Notes under the pieces: generated by a model
What the model was told of the DNA's origin: nothing
What the model saw: only the letters and a program-made list of their open reading frames with translations
Databases searched by the model: none
Assembly (NCBI GenBank): GCA_002269645.1
Contig: NIVC01000441.1
Location: forward strand, 186,001-250,000
Reading direction: 5' to 3'
DNA length: 64,000 bases
Source of the DNA: Macrostomum lignano
Lineage: Eukaryota
Made by a program: the position numbers and the translations under genes
Part shown: piece by piece, positions 34,814 to 48,200 of the stretch
Numbering within the stretch: position 1 is the first letter of the stretch
Layout of the letters: each line of letters starts with the position of its first letter

Positions 34814-37800
34814 ATGACCCTAAACCTTGGCGCCATCATTGGCGGCGTCTCAGTGGCACTGTCGCTTGTCATTTTTCTCGCCTGTTTCCTAACGTCAGGC
34901 ATCGGACCTCGCTGCTGCCACCGGCTGACCGAGAGGTGTCGCCGACAGCGCCTGAGACGACGGCGTCAATCGGCTGCTAATCAAGTCGTCTCGATCCAAC
35001 GCCTGCGCCCGTTGAAAGGCGGCGCGACGGAGGCCCTGACGTCGCCGTGCTTTGTGCAGCTGCCGGCTGCGCCTGACGCGGTTGGCGCCAAGTCGAAGCG
35101 CCCGATTGGCGGCAGTCAGCTGCTGTTTCGGCCAATCGGCGCCGGAGTCAAGTCGGCGCCGAATCCGCCCAGACCGGCACCCCTGTCAAGCCCGTGGCGC
35201 CATCGTCTGTCACCACCGCTGCCGCCGCCTCAGATGCAGTGCCTGTTCCAGATGCTGCCACAAGCGCAGCAGCCGCAATTAAAGACGCTTCCAGTCAGCC
35301 TTGGTAACGATGACGACAAGAACAACAACGATGTCGGCTGGCAAAGCAAGGTTAGATTTCTCTATACGAGCGTTAAAGCATTATTTGTAAATAATATAAA
35401 TAGAAATGTTTACATGAACGATTAAGTGATAAAGAGCAAGGAAACAGAAAATATACTAGCAATCTTCGCCCCCCGTTGGGGGACATCTGTATAGAACCTC
35501 TGTTCTCTACAAGTAACAAAAAGATAGCCAAAAAAGGCCTTCACAAAAAAAAACAGACAAAATACTCAAAGGAAGCAAAAAGAAATCATCCCAAGACAGC
35601 AAGCATCCCCCAGATAGCAAGCATCTTCCAGATTACAAGCAACCCCCAGATAGCAAGCATCCCCCAGATAGCAAGCATCCCCCAGATAGCAAGCATCCCC
35701 CAGATAGCAAGCATCCGCCAGATAGCAAGCATCTTCCAGATAGCAAGCATCCGCCAGATAGCAAGCATCTTCCAGATTACAAGCAACCCCCAGATAGCAA
35801 GCATCCCCCAGATAGCAAGCATCCCCCAGATAGCAAGCATCCCCCAGATAGCAAGCATCCCCCAGATAGCAAGCATCCGCCAGATAGCAGGCATCTTCCA
35901 GATTACAAGCAACCCCCAGATAGCAAGCATCCCCCAGATAGCAAGCATCCCCCAGATAGCAAGCATCCGCCAGATAGCAAGCATCCCCTACATAGATAGC
36001 ATCCCCAAATAGCAAGCATCCACCAGACAATAAGTAGCTAGTGCGATAATTTCCTTAGCATTATAGTGGCTCCTTTAAAATTCGCTTACTTTTATGTTTG
36101 AAATTGTGTAAATTTTATGTTTGACATGGTGGCTGTTTTAAGTTCTACATGGCAACTGTTTTATGTTTGAAACGATGGCTTTTTAATGTCAGACATGGTG
36201 GCTCTTTTATGTTTGACATGGTGCCTCTTTATTGTTTGACATGGTGGCTCTTTAATGTTTAACCTGGTGGCTCTTTTATGTTTGAAACAGTGGCTCTTTT
36301 ATGTTTGACACAGTGACTCTTTAATGTTCGACAAAGTGGCTATTTAATGTTTGACAAGGTGGCTTTTAAATGTTTGACATGGTGGCTCCTTAATGTTCGA
36401 GAAAGTGGCTCTTTAATGTTTTTCATGGTATAGCTCTTTTATGTTCGACATGGTGGCTCTTTTAGGTTTGACATGGTGGCTCTTTTAGGTTTGACATGGT
36501 GGCTCTTTTAGGTTTGACATGGTGGCTCTTAAATGTTTGACATGGTGGCTCTTAAATGTTTGACATGGTGGCTCTTTAATGTTCGAGATAGTGGCTCTTT
36601 AATTTTTTTCATGGTATAGCTCTTTTATGTTCGACATGGTGGCTCTTTTAGGTTTGACATGGTGGCTCTTTTATGTTCGACATGGTGGCTCTTTTAGGTT
36701 TGACATGGTGGCTCTTTTAGGTTTGACATGGTGGCTCTTAAATGTTTGACATGGTGGCTCTTAAATGTTTGACATGGTGACTCTTTAATGTTTCAAATGG
36801 TGGCTCTTTAATGTTTTACGTGGTGGCTCTTAAATGTTTGACATGGTGGCTCTTAAATGTTTGACATGGTAGCTCTTTAATATTCTACATTGTGGCTCTT
36901 AAGTGTTCGAAATTGTGGATCTTTTAGGTTTGACATGATGGCTGTTTAATGTTCAACATAGTGGCTCTTTTATGTTTAACATGGTGGCTCTTAAATGTTT
37001 GACATGGTGGCTCTTTAATGTTCGAAATGGTGGCTCTTTTGTTTTACATGGTGGCTCTTTAATGTTTGACATGGTGGCTCTTTAATGTTTGACATAAAGT
37101 CACTTATATGTTCGAAATGGTGGCTCTTTTAGGTTTGACATGGTGGCTCTTTTAGGTTTAACATGGTGGCTCTTTTAGGTTTAACATGGTGGCTCTTTTA
37201 GGTTTAACATGGTGGCTCTTTTAGGTTTAACATGGTGGCTCTTAAATGTTCGACATGGTGGCTCTTTAATGTTCGACATGGTGGCTCTTTAATATTCTTC
37301 ATGTTATAGCTCTTTCATGTTTGACATGGTGACTCTTTTATGGTCGACATGGTGGCTCTTTAATGTTCGAAATGGTGGCTCTTTAATGTTCGAAATAGTG
37401 GCTCTTTCATTTTCGACATGGTGGCTCTTTATGTTTGACATGTTGGCTCTTTTATGTTTGACATGTTGGCTCTTTTATGTTTGACATGGTGGATATTTAT
37501 TGTTCGAAATAGTGGCTCTTTTATGGTCGACATGGTGGCTCTTTAATGTTCGAAATGGTGGCTCTTTAATGTTCGAAATAGTGGCTCTTTTATTTTCGAC
37601 ATGGTGGCTCTTTTAGGTTTGACATGGTGGCTCTTTTATGTTCGACATGGTGGCTCTTTAATGTTTGACATGGTGGCTCTTTAATGTTTTACATGGTAGC
37701 TCTGTTATGTCCGAAATGGTGGCTCTTTAATGTTTGACATAAAGTCACATATATGTTTGACATGGTGGCTCTTAAATGTTTGACATGGTGGCTCTTTATG

Positions 37801-40183
37801 TTTGACATGTTGGCTCTTTTATGTTCGAAATGGTGGCTCTTTTTTGTTCTACATGTTAACTCTTTTTATTTGATACGGTGGCTTTTTTAATGTCTGACAT
37901 GTTGGCTCTTTAATGTTCGACAAAGTGGCTCCTAAATGTTTGACATAGTGGCTCTTCAATGTTTGACAATGTAACTTTTGAATGTTTGACATGGTGGCTC
38001 TTTAATGTTTGACATGGTAGCTCTGTTATGTTCGACATGGTGGCTCTTCTAGGTTTGACAATGTGGCTCTTTAATGTTTCACATGGTGGCTCTTTAATGT
38101 TTTACATGGTGGCTCTTTTATGTTTAACTTGGTAGCTCTTTGTTATTTTACATGGCAGCTCTTTTATGTTCGACATGGTGGCTCTTTAATATTCTTCATG
38201 TTATAGCTCTTTCATGTTTGACATGGTGGCTCTTTAATGTTCGAAATGGTGGCTCTTTAATGTTTAACACAAAGTCACATATATGTTTGACATGGTGGCT
38301 CTTAAATGTTTGACATGGTGGCTCTTTATGTTTGACATGTTGGCTCTTTTATGTTTGACATGTTGGCTCTTTTATGTTTGACATGGTGGCTCTTTAATGT
38401 TCGAAAAAGTGGCTCCTAAATGTTTGACATAGTGGCTCTTTGATGTTCGAAATAGTGACTCTTTTATTTTCGACATGGTGGCTCTTTAATGTTCGAAATG
38501 GTGGCTGTTTAATGTTAGAAATGGTGGCTCTTTTATGTTTGACATAAAGTCACTTATATGTTTTATATGGTGCCTCTTAAATATTAGACATGGTGGCTCG
38601 TTTAGGTTTGACATGGTGGCTCTTTAATATTCGATATGTTAGCTCTTTTATGTTCGACATGGTGGCTCTTCTATGTTTGACATTGCGCTTCTTTTATGTT
38701 TAGAAGTTTTGTGTTTTTAAGGTGTTTTAATAAAAAAAAATCTTTTTTGCCCTACTAAGATTCGAACCCAAGTCGCTACATTAGCATTCCAGTCTGTTCG
38801 CATCTGGGCTATCTTTTTCAATTGGAGAACATAAATTGTGGCCCTTATAATTCAATTCTTACAGCAAGTCAATTGGAGTAAAAAGTTATGACATAATCAA
38901 TTTCTCAGTCAGCCAGAATCAGTCTCAATTTAAGTTGCCAATATGGTTACGCAATTTCATTCAAGTCGTGTGTGCATTTCTTCGGCACTGTTTTCAACTT
39001 GTTGTGATGCAATCTTTGTCAGAATCAGAATTCAGTCAGTCAGTTTTTTCTCTAGCATTCTTACAATGCATTTCAGGTCGAAAGAGCTGCTTGACCTTTG
39101 CAAAAAAGCATGTTTTTCGAATATTTAATCCCTTTAAAATTGAGCAATTTCTTAGCCAAGATGCATGTACCGTCCCAGGAAAATTTCTGATCGAATGGTG
39201 CAAGTTTGAAGAAAATCGGTTAAGCCGTTTTTTCTGAAATCTATCTCACAGAGACACACATTTCATTTTTAGTATATAGGATTAAAGAAGGGTGTGAGAA
39301 GATATGGATGTAGAAGAGTAATGCCGATGAAAACACTTTCCTATAGCTTCCCTTCCTAATAATTTACAGTTTAGTATTGCGCATGTTTACTAAATGATGG
39401 ACTTGAAGCTATTGAGCGACTATAACAGAAATCTTACTCATATGCCCATCAACATTCTAGCCATCAGCCGCTAAGCCGCATCAGACTCAACAACCCTCGG
39501 CAGCTATTCGATCAACGCCGCAGAACCAGCCGTTGCCCCTGCCACCAGCAGTGTACAGGCGCGGTCTCTCCACCATACAGCTGTCCCTGTCCACCATTAG
39601 GGACTGCAGCGCTAGCGGGCAGATACCGCCTGACTGCCTGTACGCTGGCCACGGCTCACCTTCCTCGCCAGCGTCTTCACACAAACCGTCATCACTGCCG
39701 CCACCTCCACCGCCACCACTGCCACCGGCACCGCCGCCGCCATCGCAGTTGAGCAGCGCGGCGACTGAGGACGCTTATTCAGCGTCAGCGGCAATGGAGA
39801 CTGCGGTCAGTGCCAGCGCACCGACTCCCGCCGCCGCTGTTGCTACCGCGGTGTCGCTGCGGGTTCAGATTGGTTCCGCCTACGGCTCACTGCACCAGCC
39901 ACCGGTCCGGCCGCTTCAACCGCTGCCGTTGAAGTTCTCCAAGCGATCTAACGCCTCGTCGTCCGAATGCCACGACTGGTCACCGCCAAGGCCGAGGCCT
40001 CCCGTTGGCGCTGCGGCCGCTGCCGCTGCAACCACAGCAGCCGCAGTTTGGGCATCGGAGGACGGTGACGTGACCGTCTTCGATCTGGAGGTGTCGTCAA
40101 AATCGACGGCAGGGCGCAACCGGGGCCGCCTGAATGAGGGCCACATTGAAAGCGGCCATACTGACCAGTCCAGTAGCTTTTAG
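34814..40183 (+). CDS. Orphan single-pass membrane protein with a Pro-rich disordered tail, about 419 aa
   Basis: Exons 34814-35350 and 39461-40183 join in phase 0 (AAG|gttaga ... cattctag|CCA). GC-rich coding-like composition in both; in-frame TAA just upstream of the ATG; N-terminal hydrophobic segment. No family recognised. Confidence 0.65.
35590..36025. repeat. 18-bp minisatellite (CAGATAGCAAGCATCCCC), about 24 copies
   Basis: Inside the Helitron; nearly the reverse complement of the array at 58230-58460. Confidence 0.95.
36110..38700. repeat. 23-bp satellite (GACATGGTGGCTCTTTAATGTTT), about 110 diverged copies
   Basis: Inside the Helitron. Confidence 0.95.
38749..38813 (-). other. tRNA-like relic (A/B box fragment) inside the Helitron
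   Basis: Minus strand TAGCCCAGATG ... GGGTTCGAATC followed by A- and T-runs; the cloverleaf is not intact. Confidence 0.35.
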
Positions 40184-42207
40184 ATTTTTGTCTAGACTAT
40201 ATTATAGCGGCGTATTGAGTTAAAGAATTAGAAACGTTTCGGATCGTTTTAAACAAATTACATGAACAGAATTGCACAGATAAAACCAAGTTTTTCACGC
40301 AAAATTATATATAATACACTCGTACATGCATTCTAATCCATATCAAGCATACGTTGAGGCTGTTTAATGATTTGTACATGTATTATCCGTTTTCTAACGT
40401 TTCTAACGTCTAACTTTTTCTATGTGTTGGGCGGGCAGGGCAGGGCGCCTTTTCTGCTCTTTTGCTCAAATAACTTTATAGCTTTAATAAGATTTACTAA
40501 AAGCGTAACAAAGTATGTTACATACACATGCACATAACACAGGCTTTAAGCTGTTTTTTTTCCTTGTTTGATAAAGATGCAACAAGTTTATTGTAATTGT
40601 TTTTTTCCCAAAAATCTGTTGCTTATTAAAAAAGCTACAAAATCGGAAATTATTTTACGTATTTTTTCTTCTAGCTACAAAGGTTGTTTTAAAAGGACAA
40701 CAATGCAAAGATAAGATAGGTTTCATTTTAAGTTCCGGCAAACTAAAATATATTGCTTGTATCCGAACTTTAGGGTCAAAATTCTAAATCTGTAGTTTTT
40801 TAGTTATTTTTTTGTCGAATGAATAAAGTATCAAAACTTTAGATAACTTAACTTTATAACATAAAGTCTAATGGTATCACCATAAATTAAATTCTCCCCT
40901 CGTATTGAACTGTAATATTTACGACGTCGTTAAACTGCGATAACTTCACAGCGATGTACAAAACGCACTTTTTTAAGAATTGTTTTGTGGGCATTTTCAT
41001 CTCACTGAAATCAGCGAAAATTTGTCATTGCTAGCGTACCATTTTCATTAGTCAGTTAATTAGTCACTTTTTACTCCATCTGTCATGTTAGAAAAAAGAG
41101 AAGTACATTTATAGTCTGTGTTTCAATTGGCATTATTCTGGAGTTTTGCACGTCGAGCGTTTGTATTTTGGTATGTTTATATTTTTCTGAAATTCTTTAT
41201 ATATAGCCTATAGGGAAATAAAATTAGGGCTTTCTGTTCTGGTAATTTAACAATTGAATAAAGTTACTTACCAGATATTTTTGCGTCTTCGAAACTTAAA
41301 CATAGGCCAAAATAGATAAGATTTTATTGTTTTTTATTAAAATGTGTTCTTATTATTATTATATAAGAATGTTTTCGTTATTGTTGAATTAAATGTTGTC
41401 AATTTCACTTTTATAAGCAAAAGAGTGCTGACAGTAGCCATGATTCAAATAAAACTATAAAATACATTTATAGTTCATACTTTTTTAAACCATACAAATT
41501 AGAATGAAAGTTACAGATTCTATAGACTAAAGATATAATAGAAATAGTGAGGCTTAAGACATTTTGTAGAAATATATATTTTAATCTGAAGCTTTAAAAT
41601 TAAAGTATAGACTTTTCAAAAATATAAATTAAAGTATGACTGACTGGCATTACATTATTGTGTCAATCAGTACTAACATAGTATGACAATATAAAGTGAA
41701 AAGTGCTCTACTGTTTTGTCTGATTTTGAATATAATACGACTGTCATAATATTTGTTTGAAAATCTTTAGGAAATTTTCTGGATTTAAACTCCTGTTAAT
41801 ATATATAGTCGAATGAAAATTAATTTAGTACCATTGACATATCATTCGAAGTGGCATATCTCTTATAAATTTGTTTTCATTCCTTTCAAAAATTCTAAAT
41901 TCTAGCTATTTAAATTAGTATTGCTAAAAATTAAATTGTATCAAGAGAATCAATATTTAAATCATTTGTAAGCTATTCAGTGGAAAGTCAATTTTTCCAA
42001 AGCTATAACTCGCGTCATTTCACTTATGCAGGATCGCGCGTGAAAACGAAAAACAATGGCATTGGACAACTCGTTTATTGAGCTAACTGTGTAAATTTTC
42101 CGGCTTTATTTTTGTTTGCTTTCGACCGCACTCGCAACCCATTGGTTGTTCGGTACCTTAACGCACACCTGGTTGGCAACACGTTCTCCGGCACTGAGTG
42201 AGAGGTC

Positions 42208-45200
42208 ATGTCGCATGAGTACGACTTAGTTTGGGAGCCGCAGGACACGGCGCCGCCTTCCGGTCACGGCGCCAACATGGACTGCTTTGGCGGCGCCAGC
42301 GCTGGTGGAAACGGCGGCGGCGGCGGCGTCGGCAGCAGCGGCGTCGGTGGCAGCGGCGGCGGTCCAGAGGACGGCATGGGCGGCATTGACCCGGAGTCCG
42401 GGCACAAGCACAGCTTCATTAAGAGAACTTTCCACCGGCCAACCTACTGCCATCACTGCGCCGAGATGCTCTGGGGCCTGCTGTCCCAGGGCTTCACCTG
42501 CAGCCTGTGCTCCTTCACCGTTCACGATCGCTGCCTGAAATCCGTGCTGTCACCGTGTACCTGCATAGCGCCTAATATGGTGCTACGGCCAGTCTCTCAT
42601 TGTTGGAGCGAACCGGCGCATTTTAAACGCAAATTTTGCAACGTCTGTCGCAAACGTTTGGACGATTATCCTGCGGTGCGGTGCGAGAGTGAGTCACCCA
42701 GATAAATAAAATAACCCTGAATCCGCGTGTATTTGAGCATCGAATTTTTCAGTGGGTCTCTTCTTCCCTTCAGATCCTTCAGTGGGTCTCTTTTTCCCTT
42801 CAGATCCTTCAGTGGGTGTCATCTACCCTTCAGATCTTTCAGAGGGTTTCCTCTGCCCTTGAGATCCTGCAGAAGTTCTCCTCTGCCCTTCAATCCTTCA
42901 GTGGGTGTCCTCTGCCCTTCAATCCTTCAGTGGGTGTCCTCTGCCCTTCAATCCTTCAGTGGGTGTCCTCTGCCCTTCAATCCTTCAGTGGGTGTCCTCT
43001 GCCCTTCAATCCTTCAGTGGGTGTCCTCTGCCCTTCAATCCTTCAGTGGGTGTCCTCTGCCCTTCAATCCTTCAGTGGGTGTCCTCTGCCCTTCAATCCT
43101 TCAGTGGGTGTCCTCTGCCCTTCAATCCTTCAGTGGGTGTCCTCTGCCCTTCAATCCTTCAGTGGGAGGCTCTAAAAACAGGAAAATCAAGTTTTATTCC
43201 CCCTTCACCCGCCGCACCTGTAACCATTGGCAGTTTGCGAGTACTATTGCCACCTGGAGTGCCAGGATTTTGTCACAAACGACTGCAAAGAGTGCGCCAC
43301 GTACGGCCCGGAGAGTCAGCAGGTAAACTCATGCACTTGCTCTAATGAGTCAATACAATCTTTAGGTTACACTACCTGTGAGTCCGTATCTCTGCAATCA
43401 TCGTCTGTATTTCACGTTTTAAGACGTACCACTCGGCCAATATTTATAGGGTCAATTTTAGTGGCACAAATTCCAAGTGTGAATTGGATAGTTTTCACGA
43501 TGTCTGGCTTTTTTCCAGCTGGGCCCAGCGCATCACTGGCGGGAGGGCAACCTGCCAGGCAACTCCAAATGCGCCGTCTGCAAGCGCACCTGCTGGAGCT
43601 CCGAGTGCCTCAGCGGCTACCGCTGCGAATGGTGCGGCCTCACCGCTCACGCCGGCTGCCATCGGGCCCTGCCGGCTGAGTGCAGCTTTGGCATCCTTGG
43701 CGAAATTGTGCTGCGGCCAAGTGCAGTCACCCTGCCCAGGACGGACATTCCACTGGACAAGATTTACGGGCTCCAGCGCAGGAATACCTGTGAGTCCTGC
43801 ACTGGCTATTGTGACGCAATCATCCCTTCCCATTCTCCCGAGTATCTTTCCCATTCTCCCCAGTATCTTCCCATTCTCCCCAGAGTCTTTCCTATTCTCC
43901 CCAGTGTCTTCCCATTCTCCCCAGAGTCTTCCCATTATCCCCAGTGTCTTCCCATTCTCCCCAGAGTCTTCCCATTATCCCCAGTGTCTTCCCATTCTCC
44001 CCAGAGTCTTTCTTATTATCCCCAGTATCTTCCCATTCTCCCAGAGTCTTCCCATTATCCCCAGTGTCTTCCCATTCTCCCCAGAGTCTTCCCATTATCC
44101 CCAGTGTCTTCCCATTCTCCCCAGAGTCTTTCTTATTATCCCCAGTATCTTCCCATTCTCCCAGAGTCTTCCCATTATCCCCAGTGTCTTCCCATTCTCC
44201 CAGAGTCTTCCCATTATCCCCAGTGTCTTCCCATTCTCCCAGAGTCTTTCCCATTATCCCCAGTATCTTCCCATTCTCCCAGAGTCTTCCCATTATCCCC
44301 AGTGTCTTCCCATTCTCCCAGAGTCTTTCCCATTATCCCCAGTATCTTCCCATTCTCCCAGAGTCTTCCCATTATCCCCAGTGTCTTCCCATTCTCCCAG
44401 AGTCTTCCCATTATCCCCAGTGTCTTCCCATTCTCCCAGAGTCTTCCCATTATCCCCAGTGTCTTCCCATTCTCCCAGAGTCTTCCCATTATCCCCAGTG
44501 TCTTCCCATTCTCCCAGAGTCTTCCCATTATCCCCAGTGTCTTCCCATTCTCCCCTGAGTCTTTCCAATTATCCCCAGAGCCTTTCCTAGCTATTCTCTC
44601 CAGAGTCTTCTCATTTTCCCCAGTATCTTTCCTATTCTCCCTAATTTCTTCCCATTCCCTTCAGTATCTTTTCATTCTTTATGGAAGAATATGTAATATC
44701 TATTCTTCCCATACGATATTTTAAAAGTAGATTGTCCTCTGCAACGCTGTTTAATTTGAGCTACTAATTGTTAGTATTGCTAATTGTACTGATGATTTCT
44801 AAAGCTATTATACGAGTATTGTAATTTTTGTACGGATGTTTGTTTATGTATTATGCCGCGAGTGGTGGAGTCGGAAGTATCTTGTACATAAAGATCGGTG
44901 GTTTTGTGCCTGAGAGACTTGATTTTGGCACCTCTGAAACTCATTTTGGCGCTTCTTAGACTCATATTAGCACCTCTGAAACTCATTTTGGCGCTTCTTA
45001 GACTCATATTAGCACCTCTGAAACTCATTTTGGCGCTTCTTAGACTCATTTTGGCGCCTCTGGAACTCATTTTGGTGCCTCTGAGACTCATTTTGGCGCC
45101 TCTGAGACTCATTTTGGCGCCTCTGAGACTCATTTTGGCGCCACTAAGACTCATTTTGGCGCCTCTGAGACTCATTTTGGCGTCTCTGAGATTCATTTTG

Positions 45201-48200
45201 GCGCCTCTGAGACTCATTTTGGCGCCTCAAAGACTCATTTTGGCGTCTCTGAGACTCATTTTGGCGCCTCTGAGACTCATTTCGGTGCCTCCGAGACTCA
45301 TTTTGGCGCCTCTGAGACTCATTTTGGCGCCACTAAGACTCATTTTGGCGCCTCTGAGACTCATTTTGGCGCCTCTGAGATTCATTTTGGCGCCTCTGAG
45401 ACTCATTTTGGCGCCTCTGAGACTCATTTTGGCGTCTCTGAGATTCATTTTGGCGCCTCTGAGACTCATTTTGGCGCCTCAAAGACTCATTTTGGCGTCT
45501 CTGAGACTCATTTTGGCGCCACTAAGACTCATTTTGGCGCCTCAAAGACTCATTTTGGCGTCTCTGATAGCCATTTAAGGGCCTGAAGAAGATTTGTCTT
45601 CCTTATATCCCTAATGCCAACTAAAAGATCCCCATCTTCAATGATCGAGATGGAGAAATGGAGCTAACTAAAAGTACATTGTGCTTGCCGCCAATGGTGC
45701 CTGCATTGCCGTAACCCAATTAGTCATTGATGATTATGTAGTGCATTGCTCATGCACCAGCTGCTGGACAGTGTCTCTTGACTGACAGGCCTTGGTTATA
45801 GAAATTTCATATTTCCTTTTTAACCAATCTCTCTAGTTGATAAACTTAATTTGTATGTACACTAGCTGCACACCTATTTTTGCTTAATCTGTTCAATATT
45901 TTGTTCACCCTATGATTTTTTATTGCAGCCGCTCTGCCGGGTAATATTCGATTCTATTTAGCGTTACTGACTTCCGTTTAATTTCAATACCAGTTGAATT
46001 CGTCACATAACTGTTGTTCTGTTGCGCACTGACGACCACATTGCCTTTTTTGTCTCTTCTTTGTGTGTTCTTATTGCTGTTCATCTGCACTTTTTTAAAA
46101 CAACATTGGCCTGGACTAGCGGATTGTTCAGCTGGAATTAGCAGCTGACTCGCGCGCTGCGACCCTTCACAGCTGATTCACCTGGATTAGCAAGTGATTC
46201 GCCTGGATTAGCAAGTGATTCACCTGGATTAGCAAGTGATTCACCTGGATTAGCAAGTGATTCACCTGGATTAGCAAGTGATTCACCTGGATTAGCAAGT
46301 GATTCACCTGGATTAGCAAGTGATTCACCTAGATTAGCAAGTGATTCACCTGGATTAGCAAGTGATTCACCTGGATTAGCAAGTGATTCACCTGGATTAG
46401 CAATTGATTCACCTGGATTAGCAAGTGATTCACCTGGATTAGCAAGTGATTCACCTGGATTAGGAATTGACTCACCTGGATTAGCAAGTGATTGTAATAT
46501 AATTGAATAAATGGATTTAATTAATCACCAAGATTAACTTTCTACAGCTATGCTCAATTGCTTTTTCTTTATCCATGTTTATTCGCTCCCGTCTCTCTAA
46601 TCCTCTTCTGACGCACCATTATATGCATAGAAATCTAGTTTGACTGTTGTTCGCGTGTCCTTAAACTACAAATTTGTATCGCTTTTCATTCACCATGAAG
46701 GTTGGCATCATCTCTATCTGAACTGTATGCCTTTTACTACGGAAATGTTTACTGTCCAGAAGTTTCACCGTCAATGACTAATTAGATTTGAAAGAATCCG
46801 AGCCTCCGAGCAAAAGACAGAGACAGGCCTCTCTTAGAAATTGCTAGCAAGTGTTTAGTGTGCGTTTTTATAAGTGTCGCTGACTGTGGAAAACTTCCGG
46901 AAATGCGCAAGCGCTAAAGGGCGCCTGTGTGTGGTCTTTATTGGCAGCTCACGTTTCTTATTAAATAATGTCGCTTTTAGAAGCAGACTGGATTCAGAGG
47001 AAGATTTTTGAGAAAGAAGAGGCAGATTCTTGGAAGAAGAGGCAGATTCTTGAAAAAAGGAGGCATATTTGATGGATTTTTAAGTGGCAGATTAGAGAAG
47101 AGAGCAGTGGCAGATTTGAGTAGAAGAGAGCAGTGGCAGATTTGAGTAGAAGAGAGCAGTGGCAGATTTGAGTAGAAGAGAGCAGTGGCAGATTTGAGAA
47201 GAAGAGAGCAGTGGCAGATTTGAGTAGAAGAGAGCAGTGGCAGATTTGAGAAGAAGACAGCAGCGGCAGATTTGTGAAGAGAGCAGTGGCAGATTTGAGT
47301 AGAAGAGAGCAGTGGCAGATTTGAGTAGAAGAGAGCAGTGGCAGATTTGAGAAGAGAGCAGTGGTAGATTTGAGAAGAGAGCAGTGGCAGATTTGAGAAG
47401 AGAGCAGTGGCAGATTTGAGAAGAAGACAGCAGCGGCAGATTTAAGAAGAAGACAGCAGCGGCAGATTTGAGAAGAAGACAGCAGCGGCAGATTTGTGAA
47501 GAGAGCAGTGGCAGATTTGAGTAGAAGAGAGCAGTGGCAGATTTGAGTAGAAGAGAGCAGTGGCAGATTTGAGAAGAAGACAGCAGCGGCAGATTTGTGA
47601 AGAGAGCAGTGGCAGATTTGAGTAGAAGAGAGCAGTGGCAGATTTGAGTAGAAGAGAGTAGTGGCAGATTTGAGAAGAGAGCAGTGGTAGATTTGAGAAG
47701 AGAGCAGTGGCAGATTTGAGAAGAGAGCAGTGGCATATTTGAGAAGAGAGCAGCGGCAGATTTGAGAAGAAGACAGCAGCGGCATATTTGAGAAGAAGAC
47801 AGCAGCGGCATATTTGAGAAGAAGACAGCAGCGGCAGATTTGAGAAGAGAGCAGTGGTAGATTTGAGAAGAGAGCAGTGGCAGATTTAAGAAGAGAGCTG
47901 TGGCAGATTTGAGGAGAAGAGAGAAGTGACAGATTTTAGGTGAAGACAGCAGTGGCAGATTTGAGAAGAGAGCAGTGACAGATTTGATAAGAGAGAGAGC
48001 AGTGGCAGATTTGATAAGAGAGCAGTGACAGATTTGATAAGAGAGAGAGCAGTGACAGATTTGATAAGAGAGAGAGCAGTGGCAGATTTGATAAGAGAGC
48101 AGTGACAGATTTGATAAGAGAGAGAGCAGTGACAGATTTGATAAGAGAGAGAGCAGTGACAGATTTGAGAAGAGAGCAGTGACAGATTTGACAAGAGAGA

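Larger units (their letters stand above)
35456..39281 (-). mobile_element. Non-autonomous Helitron, about 3.8 kb, mostly satellite cargo
   Basis: Minus strand A|TCCTATATACT... at 39281 and hairpin CCCCCAACGGGGGG followed by CGAAGATTGCTAG|T at 35456, giving an A-T target with TC...CTAG termini and no TSD. No Rep/Hel ORF. Confidence 0.8.

Noticed and set aside
46786-46860. Possible DGK exon encoding an NLS-like DLKESEPPSKRQRQ
   Set aside because: In-frame TAG comes before any GT donor and the acceptor is weak; probably chance.
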